Source: Sumerlaeia bacterium (GTDB lineage Bacteria; Sumerlaeota; Sumerlaeia; SLMS01; JAHLLQ01). Taken from it: a stretch of DNA of 64,000 nt. The position numbers and the translations under genes were made by a program. The notes under the pieces are model-generated. The model searched no databases and was not told the DNA's origin. It saw only the letters and a program-made list of their open reading frames with translations. Positions 27,616 to 38,449 of the stretch are shown one piece after another. The DNA lies in contig JAVJSW010000004.1 of the NCBI GenBank assembly GCA_040219255.1, positions 32,001 to 96,000 of the forward strand, in the 5' to 3' direction. Every line of letters begins with the position of its first letter. The stretch's first letter is position 1.

Positions 27616-28425
27616 TCAGTCCTTCGGCGCGCCGATGGAGCGTTCGCCGAAGATTTCGTCGAAGAACACCAGCATGTGCTCCCAGGACCGCTTCGCCGCC
27701 TTCTCATTGTAAGCCGAACCGCGGGAGGGATCGTCGCCCGCCGCTTCCTCGGTGAAGGAGTGCACCGCGTCGGCGTAGGCGACGAAGACGTAATCGACGT
27801 CCGCCTCGTTCATTTCCTTCATAAAGCCGGCGACTTCCTCGTCTGACACATGGGGATCCACGGCGCCGTGACAAACCAACACACTCGCCGTGATGTTCTG
27901 GGCGTCCTCTGGGTTTTCCGTGCCGAGGCCGCCATGAAAGCTCACCACGCCCTCGACATCGGCACCCATGCGCGCCAGCTCCAGCACGCCTGTTCCGCCA
28001 AAGCAGTAGCCGATCGCCGCCACCCGGTCCGTATCCACAAAGGGCTGATTCTTCCCGGCTTCCAGCCCCGCCTTCAACCGGGCCCGGTAATTCGCCCGGT
28101 CGCCGCCGCGATACTTCCCGGCGTACTGACCGGCTTCGCTCCGGTCCTGCGGGCGGGAATCTTTGCCGTAGATGTCCACCGCAAAGGCCACATAGCCCTC
28201 GGCGGCGAGCTGCTCGGCGCGCATCTTCTCGTAGTCGCCGAGGCCCATCCACTGATGGACGATCAGCACCAGCGGCCGCTCGGCGTCCGACGCGTCGTCA
28301 TAGGCCAGATAGCCCTCGAGCACCGTGCCGTTGTCTTCGTACTCGACGCTCTTCGTCACAATCTCGGCCGCCGCCGGAACGGCCACCACACAGGCGATCA
28401 ACGCCAAAAGGAACTTGCGAAACAT
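27616..28425 (-). CDS. Dienelactone hydrolase family protein (signal peptide)
   Basis: GYCFGG nucleophile, SFHGGL, HGAVDP and HSFT. Confidence 0.93.
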   Translation of the reverse strand: MFRKFLLALIACVVAVPAAAEIVTKSVEYEDNGTVLEGYLAYDDASDAERPLVLIVHQWMGLGDYEKMRAEQLAAEGYVAFAVDIYGKDSRPQDRSEAGQYAGKYRGGDRANYRARLKAGLEAGKNQPFVDTDRVAAIGYCFGGTGVLELARMGADVEGVVSFHGGLGTENPEDAQNITASVLVCHGAVDPHVSDEEVAGFMKEMNEADVDYVFVAYADAVHSFTEEAAGDDPSRGSAYNEKAAKRSWEHMLVFFDEIFGERSIGAPKD

Positions 28426-28539
28426 GGGGACAGAGCCTCCCGATCAGGAATTGGGTTCGAGAGGAGGTGCTAGCAAGAGCCGGGCGCGGGGGGGGAATCA
28501 AGTCGCAGCCAAAACGGGCACCCAGCAGAGCCCCGGCCA

Positions 28540-28731
28540 GTAGGCACCGCCCTGGTTCCTTCGCACGTGCTCAAGGCCTACGAACGGCTTCGCCGCCACG
28601 TCGGCGGAATCATGACCAAAATCGCACAAGCCAATCGCGATGAAAACCCCAACTCCATGAAGGCGGCCATCGACGAAGCCGTGTTGGAATCGCGCGCGGC
28701 GCGGACGCGCATGCAGCCCCAAGTCATCTGA
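28540..28731 (+). pseudogene. Possible N-terminally truncated Phd/YefM-like antitoxin fragment
   Basis: Frame reads ...ALVPSHVLKAYERLRRHVGGIMTKIAQANRDENPNSMKAAIDEAVLESR...*, with no convincing start. Confidence 0.3.
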
Positions 28732-28736
28732 GTCTA

Positions 28737-28754
28737 TCCGCGTTCATCTGTGGC
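28737..28754. repeat. Half-site of the intergenic repeat family, inverse of 2893-2910
   Basis: tccgcgttcatctgtggc. Confidence 0.55.
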
Positions 28755-28901
28755 TAGTTCCCTCCTTTTCCCAAACCCTCTGCTCCCCCCGCGCCGCATT
28801 GCGGTTGCGGCCCGGGGGAGACTTTCCGAGCCTGAATTCTGGACGCGCGACGCTCCCAGTGACCCGCGCGCCCCACCGCACTCCTGTTGGGATCACGACC
28901 G

Positions 28902-29666
28902 ATGAAGCTGAAAACGCGCTGCGCGCTGATTGTGGGAGCCTCCTCCGGCATGGGAGAAGCCCTCGCCCACCGCCTCGCCGGAGCCGGCTGGCGTGTGGCC
29001 TTGGTGGCCCGCCGCGAGGACGAACTGCGCCGCATCGCCGATGCCATCAACGCCAAAGCGACCGAGAAGCCCCAAGCCTTCGTCTATCCTCATGACGCCA
29101 CGGATCTGCTGACGATTCCAAAGACCTTCGACACGATCGCCGAGGAACTGGGCGGGCTCGATTTGGCTATCTACGCCGCCGGCATCATGCCCGCCGTCGG
29201 CCCGAGCGAGTACAACGCCGAGAAGGACCGCCAGATCGTCGAGGTCAACCTGATCGGCGCCATGGGCTGGATGAATGAAGCGGCGGACCTCTTCGCGCGC
29301 CTGCGTCGCGGCACCGTCGTCGGCCTGGGGAGCGTCTCGGGCGACCGTGGCCGCAAAGGCAACCCGGCCTACGCCGCCAGCAAAGCCGGCTTCCACTGTT
29401 ACCTGGAATCGCTGCGCAACCGCCTCGACGAGCACGGCGTCAACGTCATCACCATCAAACCCGGCCCGGTGGACACGCCCATGACGCGGAGCCTGGGCAA
29501 GGCCATGCCGTTCCTGATCAGCGCCGACGAAGCGGCCCGCCAGATCGTCCGCGCCGTCGAGAAAAAGAAGAACGGCGAAGTCTATGTCCCCGGCCGTTGG
29601 CGCCCCATCATGGGCATCATCAAAGCCATCCCCTCCCCCATTTTCCGGCGCCTCGGGATGGAGTAG
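28902..29666 (+). CDS. Short-chain dehydrogenase/reductase (DprE2-like subfamily)
   Basis: GASSGMG, SVSGDRGR..N..YAASKAG, LESLRNRL and IKPGPVDTPMT. Confidence 0.9.
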   Translation: MKLKTRCALIVGASSGMGEALAHRLAGAGWRVALVARREDELRRIADAINAKATEKPQAFVYPHDATDLLTIPKTFDTIAEELGGLDLAIYAAGIMPAVGPSEYNAEKDRQIVEVNLIGAMGWMNEAADLFARLRRGTVVGLGSVSGDRGRKGNPAYAASKAGFHCYLESLRNRLDEHGVNVITIKPGPVDTPMTRSLGKAMPFLISADEAARQIVRAVEKKKNGEVYVPGRWRPIMGIIKAIPSPIFRRLGME

Positions 29667-29958
29667 ATCATTCTTCGAGGCAGGAACACGAAGGTGCGAG
29701 GGCGCAAGGAGTTGGGCGAGGACGGCCGGACCGGAACCGTGGCATCTTCGTCGCGCAACCCGGACAGGACAACTCGCACAATTGGTCTATGGCTTGGCCC
29801 GCAGAGTTTCTCGCCGTCCTCTGTGGTTCGGTGCTGATATCCCTCCCCACCCGCCACTCCCCCTGGACAAATCCGAGGCTGTTTGAGAGGATCGGAAATC
29901 GGTGTGCCCAAGGCAGGGCCGCACTGATTTTCATTCTTATCCTCACGAGCCATCACGC

Positions 29959-32162
29959 ATGACATCCACCCTGGAGACTCCAGCCGCCACCCGCACCACG
30001 TTTCGCGTGCAGGGGATGTGCTGCGCCGAAGAGACGGGCGCGCTGCGGGCGGTGCTGCTTCCCATGGCGGGCGTCGCGGACGTCGAATTCCACCTGCTGC
30101 AATCGACCATGACCGTCGCCCACGATCCGGCGGAAACGGACGCGGAAGCCATTTGCCGCGCGGTGGCGAAGACCGGCATGAGCGCTCGTCCCGCCAGCGA
30201 ATCGCCCGCCGCCCGCGATTCCGGCCCCGCTCCTCTGTGGAGCCTGCGCAACCTGACGGTGCTCAGCGGCGGGTTCTTGCTGATCGCCGTGGCCCTGACG
30301 GCGGCCGTAGCGGGGCCGGCGGCCTTGCTGCACGGGGGCGAGGGCGCGCCGGTGCTGGCGCGGGTTTTCTTTGTCTTCGCGGTCGCCGCCGCGTTGTGGC
30401 CGGTGCTGCCCAAGGCCTTCTCCGCCGCGCGGAGGCTGCGGCCGGATATGCACTTGCTGATGACCATCGCGGTGCTGGGGGCGCTCGGGATCGGCGAATG
30501 GATCGAAGCCGCCACGGTGGCGTTCCTGTTCGCGGTGTCGCTCTTGCTGGAAAGCTGGTCCGTGGGCCGGGCGCGGCGGGCGGTGGAGGCGTTGATGGCG
30601 GTGGCGCCGGAGAAGGCGCGGGTGATCTGTCCGCGCGATGGCTGCGAAGAACTCGTCGACCCCGCCACGGTGGCCGTAGGGCGCAAAGTCCGCGTTCGCC
30701 CGGGCGAAAAGTTCCCCCTCGACGGGCGCGTCCTGACCGGGCTTTCTCACGTCAATCAGGCTCCCATCACCGGCGAATCCCAGCCGGTGGAAAAGGGCCC
30801 CGGCGACGAGGTCTTCGCCGGTACGATCAACGGCGATGGCGCCATCGATTTCGAAACGACGAAACCCGCCAGCGAAACGACGCTGGCCCGCATCATCGCC
30901 ATGGTTGCCGAGGCCCAGGGGCGTCGCGCACCGGTCGAGCGCTGGATCGACCAATTCGCCTGCGTGTACACGCCGGTGGTGCTGGCGCTGGCGGTGCTGA
31001 TCGCCGTGGTGCCGCCGCTGGCCTTTGGCGGGGCCTGGAGCGACTGGTTCTATCAGGCGCTCGTGCTGCTGGTGATCGCCTGCCCGTGCGCTCTCGTAAT
31101 TTCCACGCCGGTCAGCATCGTGTCCGGACTGACGCGGGCGGCGCGGCAGGGCATCCTGATCAAGGGCGGCGTTCACCTGGAGCAAGCCGCCCGGCTGCGC
31201 GCCATCGCCTTCGACAAAACCGGCACGGTCACCCTCGGCCGGCCCAGCGTCGAATCGGTCGTGCCGCTCGGGCCTTTGGCGGAGAACGACTTGCTGGCCC
31301 TCGTCGCCGCCGTGGAAAGCCAATCCGAGCACCCCCTCGGCCGCGCCATCGCTTCGGAAGCCCGGATGCGCGAGCTGACTTTGCCATTAGCGACCGAGCA
31401 CCAGGCCTTGAAAGGCCGGGGGATTTCCTGCCGCGTGGATGGCGCCGAGGTCTGGGCCGGATCGCCGCGCCTGATCGCCGAGCGCGGCCTGATGGACGAT
31501 GCGCTCCACGAACGTATCGCCGCCTTCGAAGCCACCGGCCACACGGTCATCGCGGCCGGACGCGGGGGTGAGCTGCTGGGCCTGATCGCCCTGCGCGACC
31601 AGCCGAAACCGGAGGCGCGCGGGGCGCTGCGCGAGCTGACCCAGCTTGGGGTTCAGGGAACGCTGCTGACCGGCGATCGCTCCGCCGTGGCCGAACACAT
31701 CGCCGGCGAAATCGGTATCGTGGCAGTGAAGGCGGAACTCCTGCCGGAAGATAAAGTCGCCGCCCTCGACGAACTGCTGACCGAGCATGGCCGCGTCGCC
31801 ATGGTGGGCGATGGCATCAACGACGCCCCGGCGCTCGCCCGCGCTTCCCTGGGCATCGCCATGGGGGCGGCGGGAACGGATGCGGCGCTGGAGACGGCGG
31901 ACGTGGCGCTGATGCGCGACGATCTGGCGGCGCTGCCCTGGCTGTGCGGCACGCGAGGCGGACGCTGGTGATCATTCGCCAGAATGTGGTTCTGGCTCTC
32001 GGTATCAAGGCCGTCTTCGTCGTGCTGACGCTCTTCGGAGCGGCCAGCCTCTGGGCCGCCATCGCGGCGGACATGGGGACGTCGCTGCTGGTGACGTTCA
32101 ACGCGTTGCGCCTGTTGGGCGGCGGGGCGGAACCGGAAAAGGAAAAAGCCGATTGGCAATAG
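29959..32162 (+). CDS. cadA: Heavy-metal P1B-type ATPase (Zn/Cd/Pb, CadA/ZntA-like), frameshifted near 31946
   Basis: HMA GMCCAEE, TGES, CPCAL, DKTGT, SEHP and GDGINDAPAL; the last two TMs (IKAVF..., ADMGTSLLVTFNALRL) are in a second frame. Confidence 0.9.
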
Positions 32163-32215
32163 GAACCCGACAGCTCATCCTGTCAAGGCATCCACTCGAC
32201 GGAGATCGATCCGCC

Positions 32216-32641
32216 ATGACCTTGCAAGACCTCGCCAACGCCGGTGACCTCGGCGGGCTGCTCTCCCTCATGAGCCGCCAGGGCCTCGCCTTCCGCGAGC
32301 GCGCCCATTGGACCCAGGGCGAGTTCCATCACGACCTGCTCCTCGAACTGGAAGGCCCGCACGGTCTCTCGGGGCCCGTGGTGCTGGTCGCGACGAACTG
32401 CAATGGCGCCATCAAGGAAGTGCTGAGTCTGGCGGAGATGCCGGACCGTTGGGGCCTCTGGCACGCGCGCTGCCCCGACAATCCGGAGTTCGAAGGCCCC
32501 GCGCCCAAAGTTCTGGAACAATTCCGCACGGCGATCTGGTTCGATCCCTGTTTTCTTCTGCGCGACGCCACCCGCAGCGAATACCGTCCGGAATGCCGCC
32601 GGCGCCAACGCGGCGGAGGCTGGGAACTGGCGGAGGAGTAA
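32216..32641 (+). CDS. Conserved-looking hypothetical protein
   Basis: Good RBS (ggag); motif-rich sequence (HWTQGEFHHD, ATNCNG, RCP, FDPC, RSE, RQRGGGW). Confidence 0.75.
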   Translation: MTLQDLANAGDLGGLLSLMSRQGLAFRERAHWTQGEFHHDLLLELEGPHGLSGPVVLVATNCNGAIKEVLSLAEMPDRWGLWHARCPDNPEFEGPAPKVLEQFRTAIWFDPCFLLRDATRSEYRPECRRRQRGGGWELAEE

Positions 32642-32688
32642 GCGGGGGCGCGCCGCGCGAACGGCGGAGACCCCTTTTCCAAACCGCA

Positions 32689-33804
32689 TTAGACGTTGAA
32701 CAGAAAATGCACCACGTCGCCGTCTTTGACGACGTATTCTTTGCCTTCGACCCGCAGGCGTCCGGCGGCTTTGGCGCCCGCTTCGCCCTTGTGGGCGATG
32801 TAGTCGTCGAAGGCGATGACTTCCGCACGGATGAAGCCCCGCTCGAAGTCGGTGTGGATGACCCCGGCGGCCTGGGGGGCTTTGGCGCCGATGGGAACCG
32901 TCCAGGCGCGCACTTCCTTGGGCCCGGCGGTGAAGTAGCTCTGGAGGCCGAGGGCTTCGTAGCCTTTGCGGATGATCTGGTCCAGGCCCGACTCGGTGGC
33001 GCCGAGGCCTTCGAGCATTTCGGCGCGCTCGGTGTCGTCCATGCCGATCATTTCTTCCTCGATCTTGGCGCAGAGCACCACCACGGCGGCGCTGTCGCGT
33101 TCGGCGGCAAGGGCGCGGATTTCCTTCACGTGAGCGTTGTCTTCGGCAATGGAATCTTCGTCCACGTTGGCCGCGAAGATGACCGTCTTGCCCGTCAGGA
33201 AACGCATCTCGCGGTTCAGCTCGCCGTACTGTTCCTCCATGGCGGCGTTCGCCACGGGAAAGGCGGCGGCCGGTTTGCCCGCGCCCAGGTGATTGAGCAG
33301 CGCGTTGGCGGCGTCGAGCACCGGCTGGTATTTCTTGTCGGCGCGGACCTGCTTCTGGATGCGGTCCATCTTCTTTTCGAGCTGCTGGTAATCGGCCAGG
33401 ATCAGCTCGGTCTCGATGATTTCCACGTCTCCGCGCGGGTCCACGGTGCGGCCGTCCTCGCGCAGGACGTTGTCGTCCTCGAAGCAGCGCACCAGGTGCA
33501 CGATGGCGTCGGTGTCGCGGATGTTGGCGAGGAACTGATTGCCTAGGCCGGCGCCCTCGCTGGCGCCCTTGACGAGCCCCGCGATATCCACGAACTCAAC
33601 GGTCGAAGGCAGGATTTGCTTAGGCTTGGCGATGTTTGCCAACTGCTGGAGCCGCCCGTCGGGCACCGTCACGATGGCCTTGTTGGGCTCGATGGTGCAG
33701 AACGGATAGTTGGCCGCCTGGGCGTTGGCGGCCTTGGTCAAGGCATTGAAAGTGGTGGACTTGCCCACGTTGGGAAGGCCAACGATGCCGACGCTGAGAC
33801 TCAT
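32689..33804 (-). CDS. ychF: Redox-regulated ATPase YchF
   Basis: [39 protein letters not shown] and TGS C-terminus. Confidence 0.98.
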   Translation of the reverse strand: MSLSVGIVGLPNVGKSTTFNALTKAANAQAANYPFCTIEPNKAIVTVPDGRLQQLANIAKPKQILPSTVEFVDIAGLVKGASEGAGLGNQFLANIRDTDAIVHLVRCFEDDNVLREDGRTVDPRGDVEIIETELILADYQQLEKKMDRIQKQVRADKKYQPVLDAANALLNHLGAGKPAAAFPVANAAMEEQYGELNREMRFLTGKTVIFAANVDEDSIAEDNAHVKEIRALAAERDSAAVVVLCAKIEEEMIGMDDTERAEMLEGLGATESGLDQIIRKGYEALGLQSYFTAGPKEVRAWTVPIGAKAPQAAGVIHTDFERGFIRAEVIAFDDYIAHKGEAGAKAAGRLRVEGKEYVVKDGDVVHFLFNV

Positions 33805-33939
33805 GGGGAGGGGGCTCCTGGGGGACGCTGAGAACGAGGCCGCGGCGGGCCGGGGGCCCTCCGCAAGCGCCGCGCACCCAAGCACAGGCCGCTGCGGGAA
33901 GTCCAGCCCGTTAACCGCCTCCGGGAGTCATCGCCGCGA

Positions 33940-34761
33940 TCACGACGACGCCGAGGCGTAGGCCCTCAATCCCATGCGCCAGAACCCCACCAGCACCGCG
34001 TACGTCCCCACCAGCACCACCGCCATGTGCGCCAGCGTGAGCGCGTCGTATCCATCGAAGAGCATGTGCGCGGGCACCGAGACGAGGAACGCGAGGGGCA
34101 GAACGGAGAGCAGAATCCGGCGCATCCAGGGCAGGAAAATCTGATGCGGCATTTCGGCGTATTTGTGCACTTGAAAGAAAATCTCGCGCAGACCGGCGCT
34201 GTTGTGCAGCCAGAACGTCGGGATCATCAGGAGGAAGTTCACCGCCGCCACAATCAACACCCCCACGCAAATCAGCGCCACATAGCCCGCGATGGCGGCG
34301 AGACCGAGGGGCTCGGGATAGACCGCCAACGCCCAGATGAGGATGCCGCTGGCGATGACCAGATTCACGAAACTGTTCGCCGCCACATCCCGCGTCATCA
34401 GGAAGAACAACGGCGACACCGGCCGCGTCAGGTAATAATCCAGGTCGCCCCGGTTGATAAAGATCGGAAACCACCACGAATTGTTCGCGAACACCGTCAT
34501 CGTCACCGCGTCGGCGAACAGATAGCCCGCCACGAAGATGAGAATCTGTGGTTCGGTCCACCCGCCGATCACGGCGAAGCGCGCGTAGAGCAGCTTCCAG
34601 AACCCCAACTGCACCGCGTAGAACGTCAGGTCCATGAAGATGCGAAAGGTGAAATCGACCCGGAACTCCATCGCCCGGCTGAAACCAAACCGGACGAACG
34701 CGAGATAGAGGCGGAGGTAGCGGGCAATGCGGTCGTGCAACGTCCACGGGACAACGTTCAA
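33940..34761 (-). CDS. ABC-2 family transporter permease (DUF990-like)
   Basis: MEFRVDF, IGGW, GDLDYYLTRP, PLAF..VPA and GLRAYASASS. Confidence 0.88.
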   Translation of the reverse strand: MNVVPWTLHDRIARYLRLYLAFVRFGFSRAMEFRVDFTFRIFMDLTFYAVQLGFWKLLYARFAVIGGWTEPQILIFVAGYLFADAVTMTVFANNSWWFPIFINRGDLDYYLTRPVSPLFFLMTRDVAANSFVNLVIASGILIWALAVYPEPLGLAAIAGYVALICVGVLIVAAVNFLLMIPTFWLHNSAGLREIFFQVHKYAEMPHQIFLPWMRRILLSVLPLAFLVSVPAHMLFDGYDALTLAHMAVVLVGTYAVLVGFWRMGLRAYASASS

Positions 34762-34845
34762 CGTTCGCTCCCCCGGAATCGAAGGGAATGGATCTCGGCC
34801 CTTGCGCTGCCCTTTGTAAGTCGCACGTTGAACGCCGCTTAGCGG

Positions 34846-35778
34846 CTACCCCCGCTTCTGCGCCACAATCAAATCCGCCAGCATCCCCACCGCCAGCACT
34901 AGCACGCCAACGCAGATCAGAATGATGTCAGACTCTTCCAGGGTGTGCTTTGGCCCGATGATGTTGAAGAGGCCCTTGACAATCCCGGCAATCAGCAGAA
35001 ACGCGGCGGCCGGCAGGAAAACCCGCAGCGGGGCGAAGTATGTCACCATCCGGATCACGGTCGAGAAGTAGTTCGCCGTGTCCTTGACCGGGTGGAATTT
35101 CGATTTGCCGATGCGTTTGTGGTACTCGCTCGAGACGTACTTGACCGGATGGCCGTTGCAGAGAAACGCCAGCGTCATCGTCGTGACGCAGGAAAACCCG
35201 TTCGGCAGCACCCAGAGGTACTTCATCATCACGTCGCGCTTGAAGGCCTTGAGCCCCGTGTTCAGGTCCGGGATGTGGCGCCCGGCCAAGTAACAGGCGA
35301 GTTTTCTGATCGCCCATTTGGCGGGAACGCGCAGAAGCTTATGGGTGCCCTGCTCGCTGGTGCGGGCGCCGTTGACCTGATCGTAGTCGGGGAAGAACTC
35401 CAGCATCTTCGGGATGTCGGGCGCGTTGTAGGTGCCGTCGGCGTCGAGCATGACAATGATTTCGCCGCGGGCTTCGATGGTGCCGGTGCGGCGGCTGGCG
35501 CCGGACCCCCGGTTGACCGGGTGCTTCACGATGCGGACGCCGCACTTCTCCAGGCGCTCCACCGTGCGGTCCTTGGACTTATCGTCCACCGCCAGGATCT
35601 CGAATTTCCAGCGGGTGCCTTCCATCGCCGCCCGGATGTCGCCGATGACCTTAGGAATCGCCTTTTCTTCGTTGTAACAGGGCAACACCACACTGACGTC
35701 CACCGGGCCGTCGTAGCTTTCATTGGAAGCGGGCACGGTGGCGGAGGGTTTGTTGGGAGCGGCGGAGTCGTCGGACAT
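34846..35778 (-). CDS. GT2 glycosyltransferase (DPM1/polyprenol-phosphate glycosyltransferase-like)
   Basis: VVLPCYNEE, VDDKSKD, DADGTY, RIGKSKF and two C-terminal TMs. Confidence 0.92.
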   Translation of the reverse strand: MSDDSAAPNKPSATVPASNESYDGPVDVSVVLPCYNEEKAIPKVIGDIRAAMEGTRWKFEILAVDDKSKDRTVERLEKCGVRIVKHPVNRGSGASRRTGTIEARGEIIVMLDADGTYNAPDIPKMLEFFPDYDQVNGARTSEQGTHKLLRVPAKWAIRKLACYLAGRHIPDLNTGLKAFKRDVMMKYLWVLPNGFSCVTTMTLAFLCNGHPVKYVSSEYHKRIGKSKFHPVKDTANYFSTVIRMVTYFAPLRVFLPAAAFLLIAGIVKGLFNIIGPKHTLEESDIILICVGVLVLAVGMLADLIVAQKRG

Positions 35779-35948
35779 GATCGGAACGGGCTTTCCTCAG
35801 CGGAGCGAATCGAGGCGCGACGGTTAGCCCACAGCGGCCCGCAGGGGCAAACCGAAAGGGAGGCTCCCCTCCTCCGTTGACGCCCGCCCCCCTGGGGCGG
35901 TCTAGCTGGGACCTGACGAGATTTTCCCGCCACCGATTGCCCGCACCT

Positions 35949-37241
35949 ATGTCCTCCTCTACCCCCGCCGCGCCGCGTGTGCGCGTGATTTCCACCGGTT
36001 CCGAAATCACCCAGGGGCTCTACGCCGACACGAACGCGATGGAGATCTCACGCATCCTGCGCGATTACGGCTTTCGCGTCATCGGCCACGAAGCCGCGCC
36101 GGATGACGCTTCGGCCATCCGCCGCGCCATCCGGGCGTCCTTCGGCGGGGTCTGCGACCTGGTGATTATCACGGGGGGCCTGGGGCCGACGGAGGACGAC
36201 CTGAATCGCGAGATCATCGCCGACCTGTGGGGGGTCGGTCTGCACCGGGTTCACCGCGCGGTGGCCCAGATGCGCGAGCGTTTCGCCAAGCGGGGCCGGG
36301 AAATGCCCGAGCGGAACCTGAAGCAGGCGGACGTGCCCGATGGCTCGACGATTCTGCTGAACCATTTCGGGACGGCCTGTTGCTTTTTGTTGCCGGCGGG
36401 AGACGGCCGCCCAGCGCTGCTGGCGCTGCCAGGAGTGCCGCGCGAATGGCGCGCGATGATGGACCGCTATTTCGAACGCGCCGTGCTACCCCTGTTCCCC
36501 AGTCGGCCCCTGACGCGGCTGACGACGCTGCACCTGGCGATGGTGCCGGAATCGGAGATCAACGAACGCATCCGCGACCTGTTCAACCGCGATCCAAACC
36601 TGGACTACACGATCCTGGCCAGCAGCGGCGTGATCCGGGTGCGGGTCCTGGCGCACGGGGCCACGGCGGAGGAATGCGAGGCCCGGCTGGCGGAGGCGGT
36701 GGCGGCGGTGCGGCCGCGTCTGCCCGAGGACGCGCTCTTTGGCGAAGGGCCGGACCGGCTGACGCTGGAGGAGGCGGTGGTCGAAGCCTTCGCCCGGGCG
36801 GGCAAGACGTTGGCCACGGCGGAAAGCTGCACCGGGGGCGGGCTGGCAAAGCGCCTGACGGACATCGCGGGGGCGAGCGCGGTGCTCCGCGAGGGCGCCG
36901 TGACCTACAGCAACGAGGCGAAAATGCGGGCCCTGAAGGTGAGCGTGGAAACCCTGGCGAGCCACGGCGCGGTGAGCGAGCCCTGTGTCCGTGAAATGGC
37001 CCGCGGTATCCGTGAAGTCTCGCGCGCCGACGTCGGCATCTCCGTCAGCGGCATCGCCGGCCCGGGCGGCGGCACGGCGGACAAACCGGTGGGGACGGTG
37101 TGGTTCGGCATCGCAGACCGGGACCATGTGGCGGCGGTGCACCGGTTGATGCCGGGCGACCGCGAGTCGGTGCGCTACTGGAGCGAGAACGTGGCGCTGG
37201 ATCTGTTGCGCCGGTGGGTGACGCAGCTGGCGATCAGTTAG
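35949..37241 (+). CDS. cinA: CinA family protein (MocF-like ADP-ribose pyrophosphatase + PncC NMN deamidase)
   Basis: TGGLGPTEDD, LPGVP, AESCTGG, GAVS and SGIAGPGGGT..KPVGTV. Confidence 0.95.
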   Translation: MSSSTPAAPRVRVISTGSEITQGLYADTNAMEISRILRDYGFRVIGHEAAPDDASAIRRAIRASFGGVCDLVIITGGLGPTEDDLNREIIADLWGVGLHRVHRAVAQMRERFAKRGREMPERNLKQADVPDGSTILLNHFGTACCFLLPAGDGRPALLALPGVPREWRAMMDRYFERAVLPLFPSRPLTRLTTLHLAMVPESEINERIRDLFNRDPNLDYTILASSGVIRVRVLAHGATAEECEARLAEAVAAVRPRLPEDALFGEGPDRLTLEEAVVEAFARAGKTLATAESCTGGGLAKRLTDIAGASAVLREGAVTYSNEAKMRALKVSVETLASHGAVSEPCVREMARGIREVSRADVGISVSGIAGPGGGTADKPVGTVWFGIADRDHVAAVHRLMPGDRESVRYWSENVALDLLRRWVTQLAIS

Positions 37242-37368
37242 AAAGTAGGGAAAACTGTCCCGAAACTTGCGATTTCCCTTGAATGAGGCGTGGCGTGGGT
37301 CATCTGGTGCCCCAGACTTGCCATAGCCCGATTTGCGAACGGGCAAACCATCACTTCGAGGAACGATC

Positions 37369-38208
37369 GTGTCGGGGAAAACGCGCGGAAAAATTGTCGG
37401 CTTCGGCCAGCTATTCGCCGCCTTCGCGCTGCTGATCGCGTTGGCCGCGGCGCCGCATTTCCGCAAAAGCGCCAGCGACTCCAGCCCTCGCGGCAAATCC
37501 ACAGCCAACAGTCTGGCGGGCCGGGAAGAACTGCACCCGCCCTTCAGTCTGACCGATTGCGAATACCTGCTGGGCCTAGCCGCCACGGAAGTGGAAGGCA
37601 ATCCCGAGGCCACGGATAAGGACCCCAGAGCCCTCCTGACGTCGGTTCGCAGCTACCTGACGCACCGGGACGACATTTACTCCACACTGTTCCATTACAA
37701 CTGGGAGCGCATCGGCCGCGAACGCGTCGCCGAAGGCGTGATGGATACAGACGAATTCAGCTTCTACGGTGAAGACGTGCCGGCGGCGGTGAACGCCCTA
37801 TCCATCGAAATCCGCAACGCCGACGCCTACCTGTTCGCGATGCAGGTTTGGGACGCGGATAACCCGGAGCAGAAAATTCTGGATCTGAAGTTCGACGACG
37901 ATCCGCTGCTGCTGCGCCACAGCCTGCCGCGCCGCGAGGTGTTCCACCTGTGGCGCCCGGCCCGCATCGGCAAAATCGGTCTGGCCTATGCCCGCACCGA
38001 GCAGGGCAGCGGCCCGGACCGCGAGCCCAAGGTGGTGGTCTATGCCGGCCGCACGGAGCGGCCCGAGCACGGCAAATCGGCGATCTTCTTCATTGAGCAG
38101 GCGGAAAACCAGCTCAGCCAAGAAAACGAGGAAGCGGCACGCCGAAGTATTGTCCTGGCGCAGGAAGCCATCGCCAAGTTCCGGCAGACACGCCGCAACG
38201 CCAACTGA
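37369..38208 (+). CDS. Hypothetical membrane-anchored or secreted protein
   Basis: N-terminal hydrophobic helix and GC3-biased codons; no family recognised. Confidence 0.7.
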   Translation: MSGKTRGKIVGFGQLFAAFALLIALAAAPHFRKSASDSSPRGKSTANSLAGREELHPPFSLTDCEYLLGLAATEVEGNPEATDKDPRALLTSVRSYLTHRDDIYSTLFHYNWERIGRERVAEGVMDTDEFSFYGEDVPAAVNALSIEIRNADAYLFAMQVWDADNPEQKILDLKFDDDPLLLRHSLPRREVFHLWRPARIGKIGLAYARTEQGSGPDREPKVVVYAGRTERPEHGKSAIFFIEQAENQLSQENEEAARRSIVLAQEAIAKFRQTRRNAN

Positions 38209-38449
38209 TCCAGTCTTCCCGCCTCGCGCCCCAGACCCCGGCTGATCCAACCTGGGCCGCCCTTTTGACCCCTACCGATTGAAGCCAGCTTGAGGATTCC
38301 GCTAGTGGACGCGGACCGGCGTGCCCTTTGATTGGGGCTGTTCACAGCCGAAAACAGCCTCCCTGCGGAGGCGTGTCAGTAGATGTCCGCCCGCGAGCGG
38401 AACACCATTGGCTTCGAATTTTCCAACCCATCCTGGAGTTCTTCCCGTT

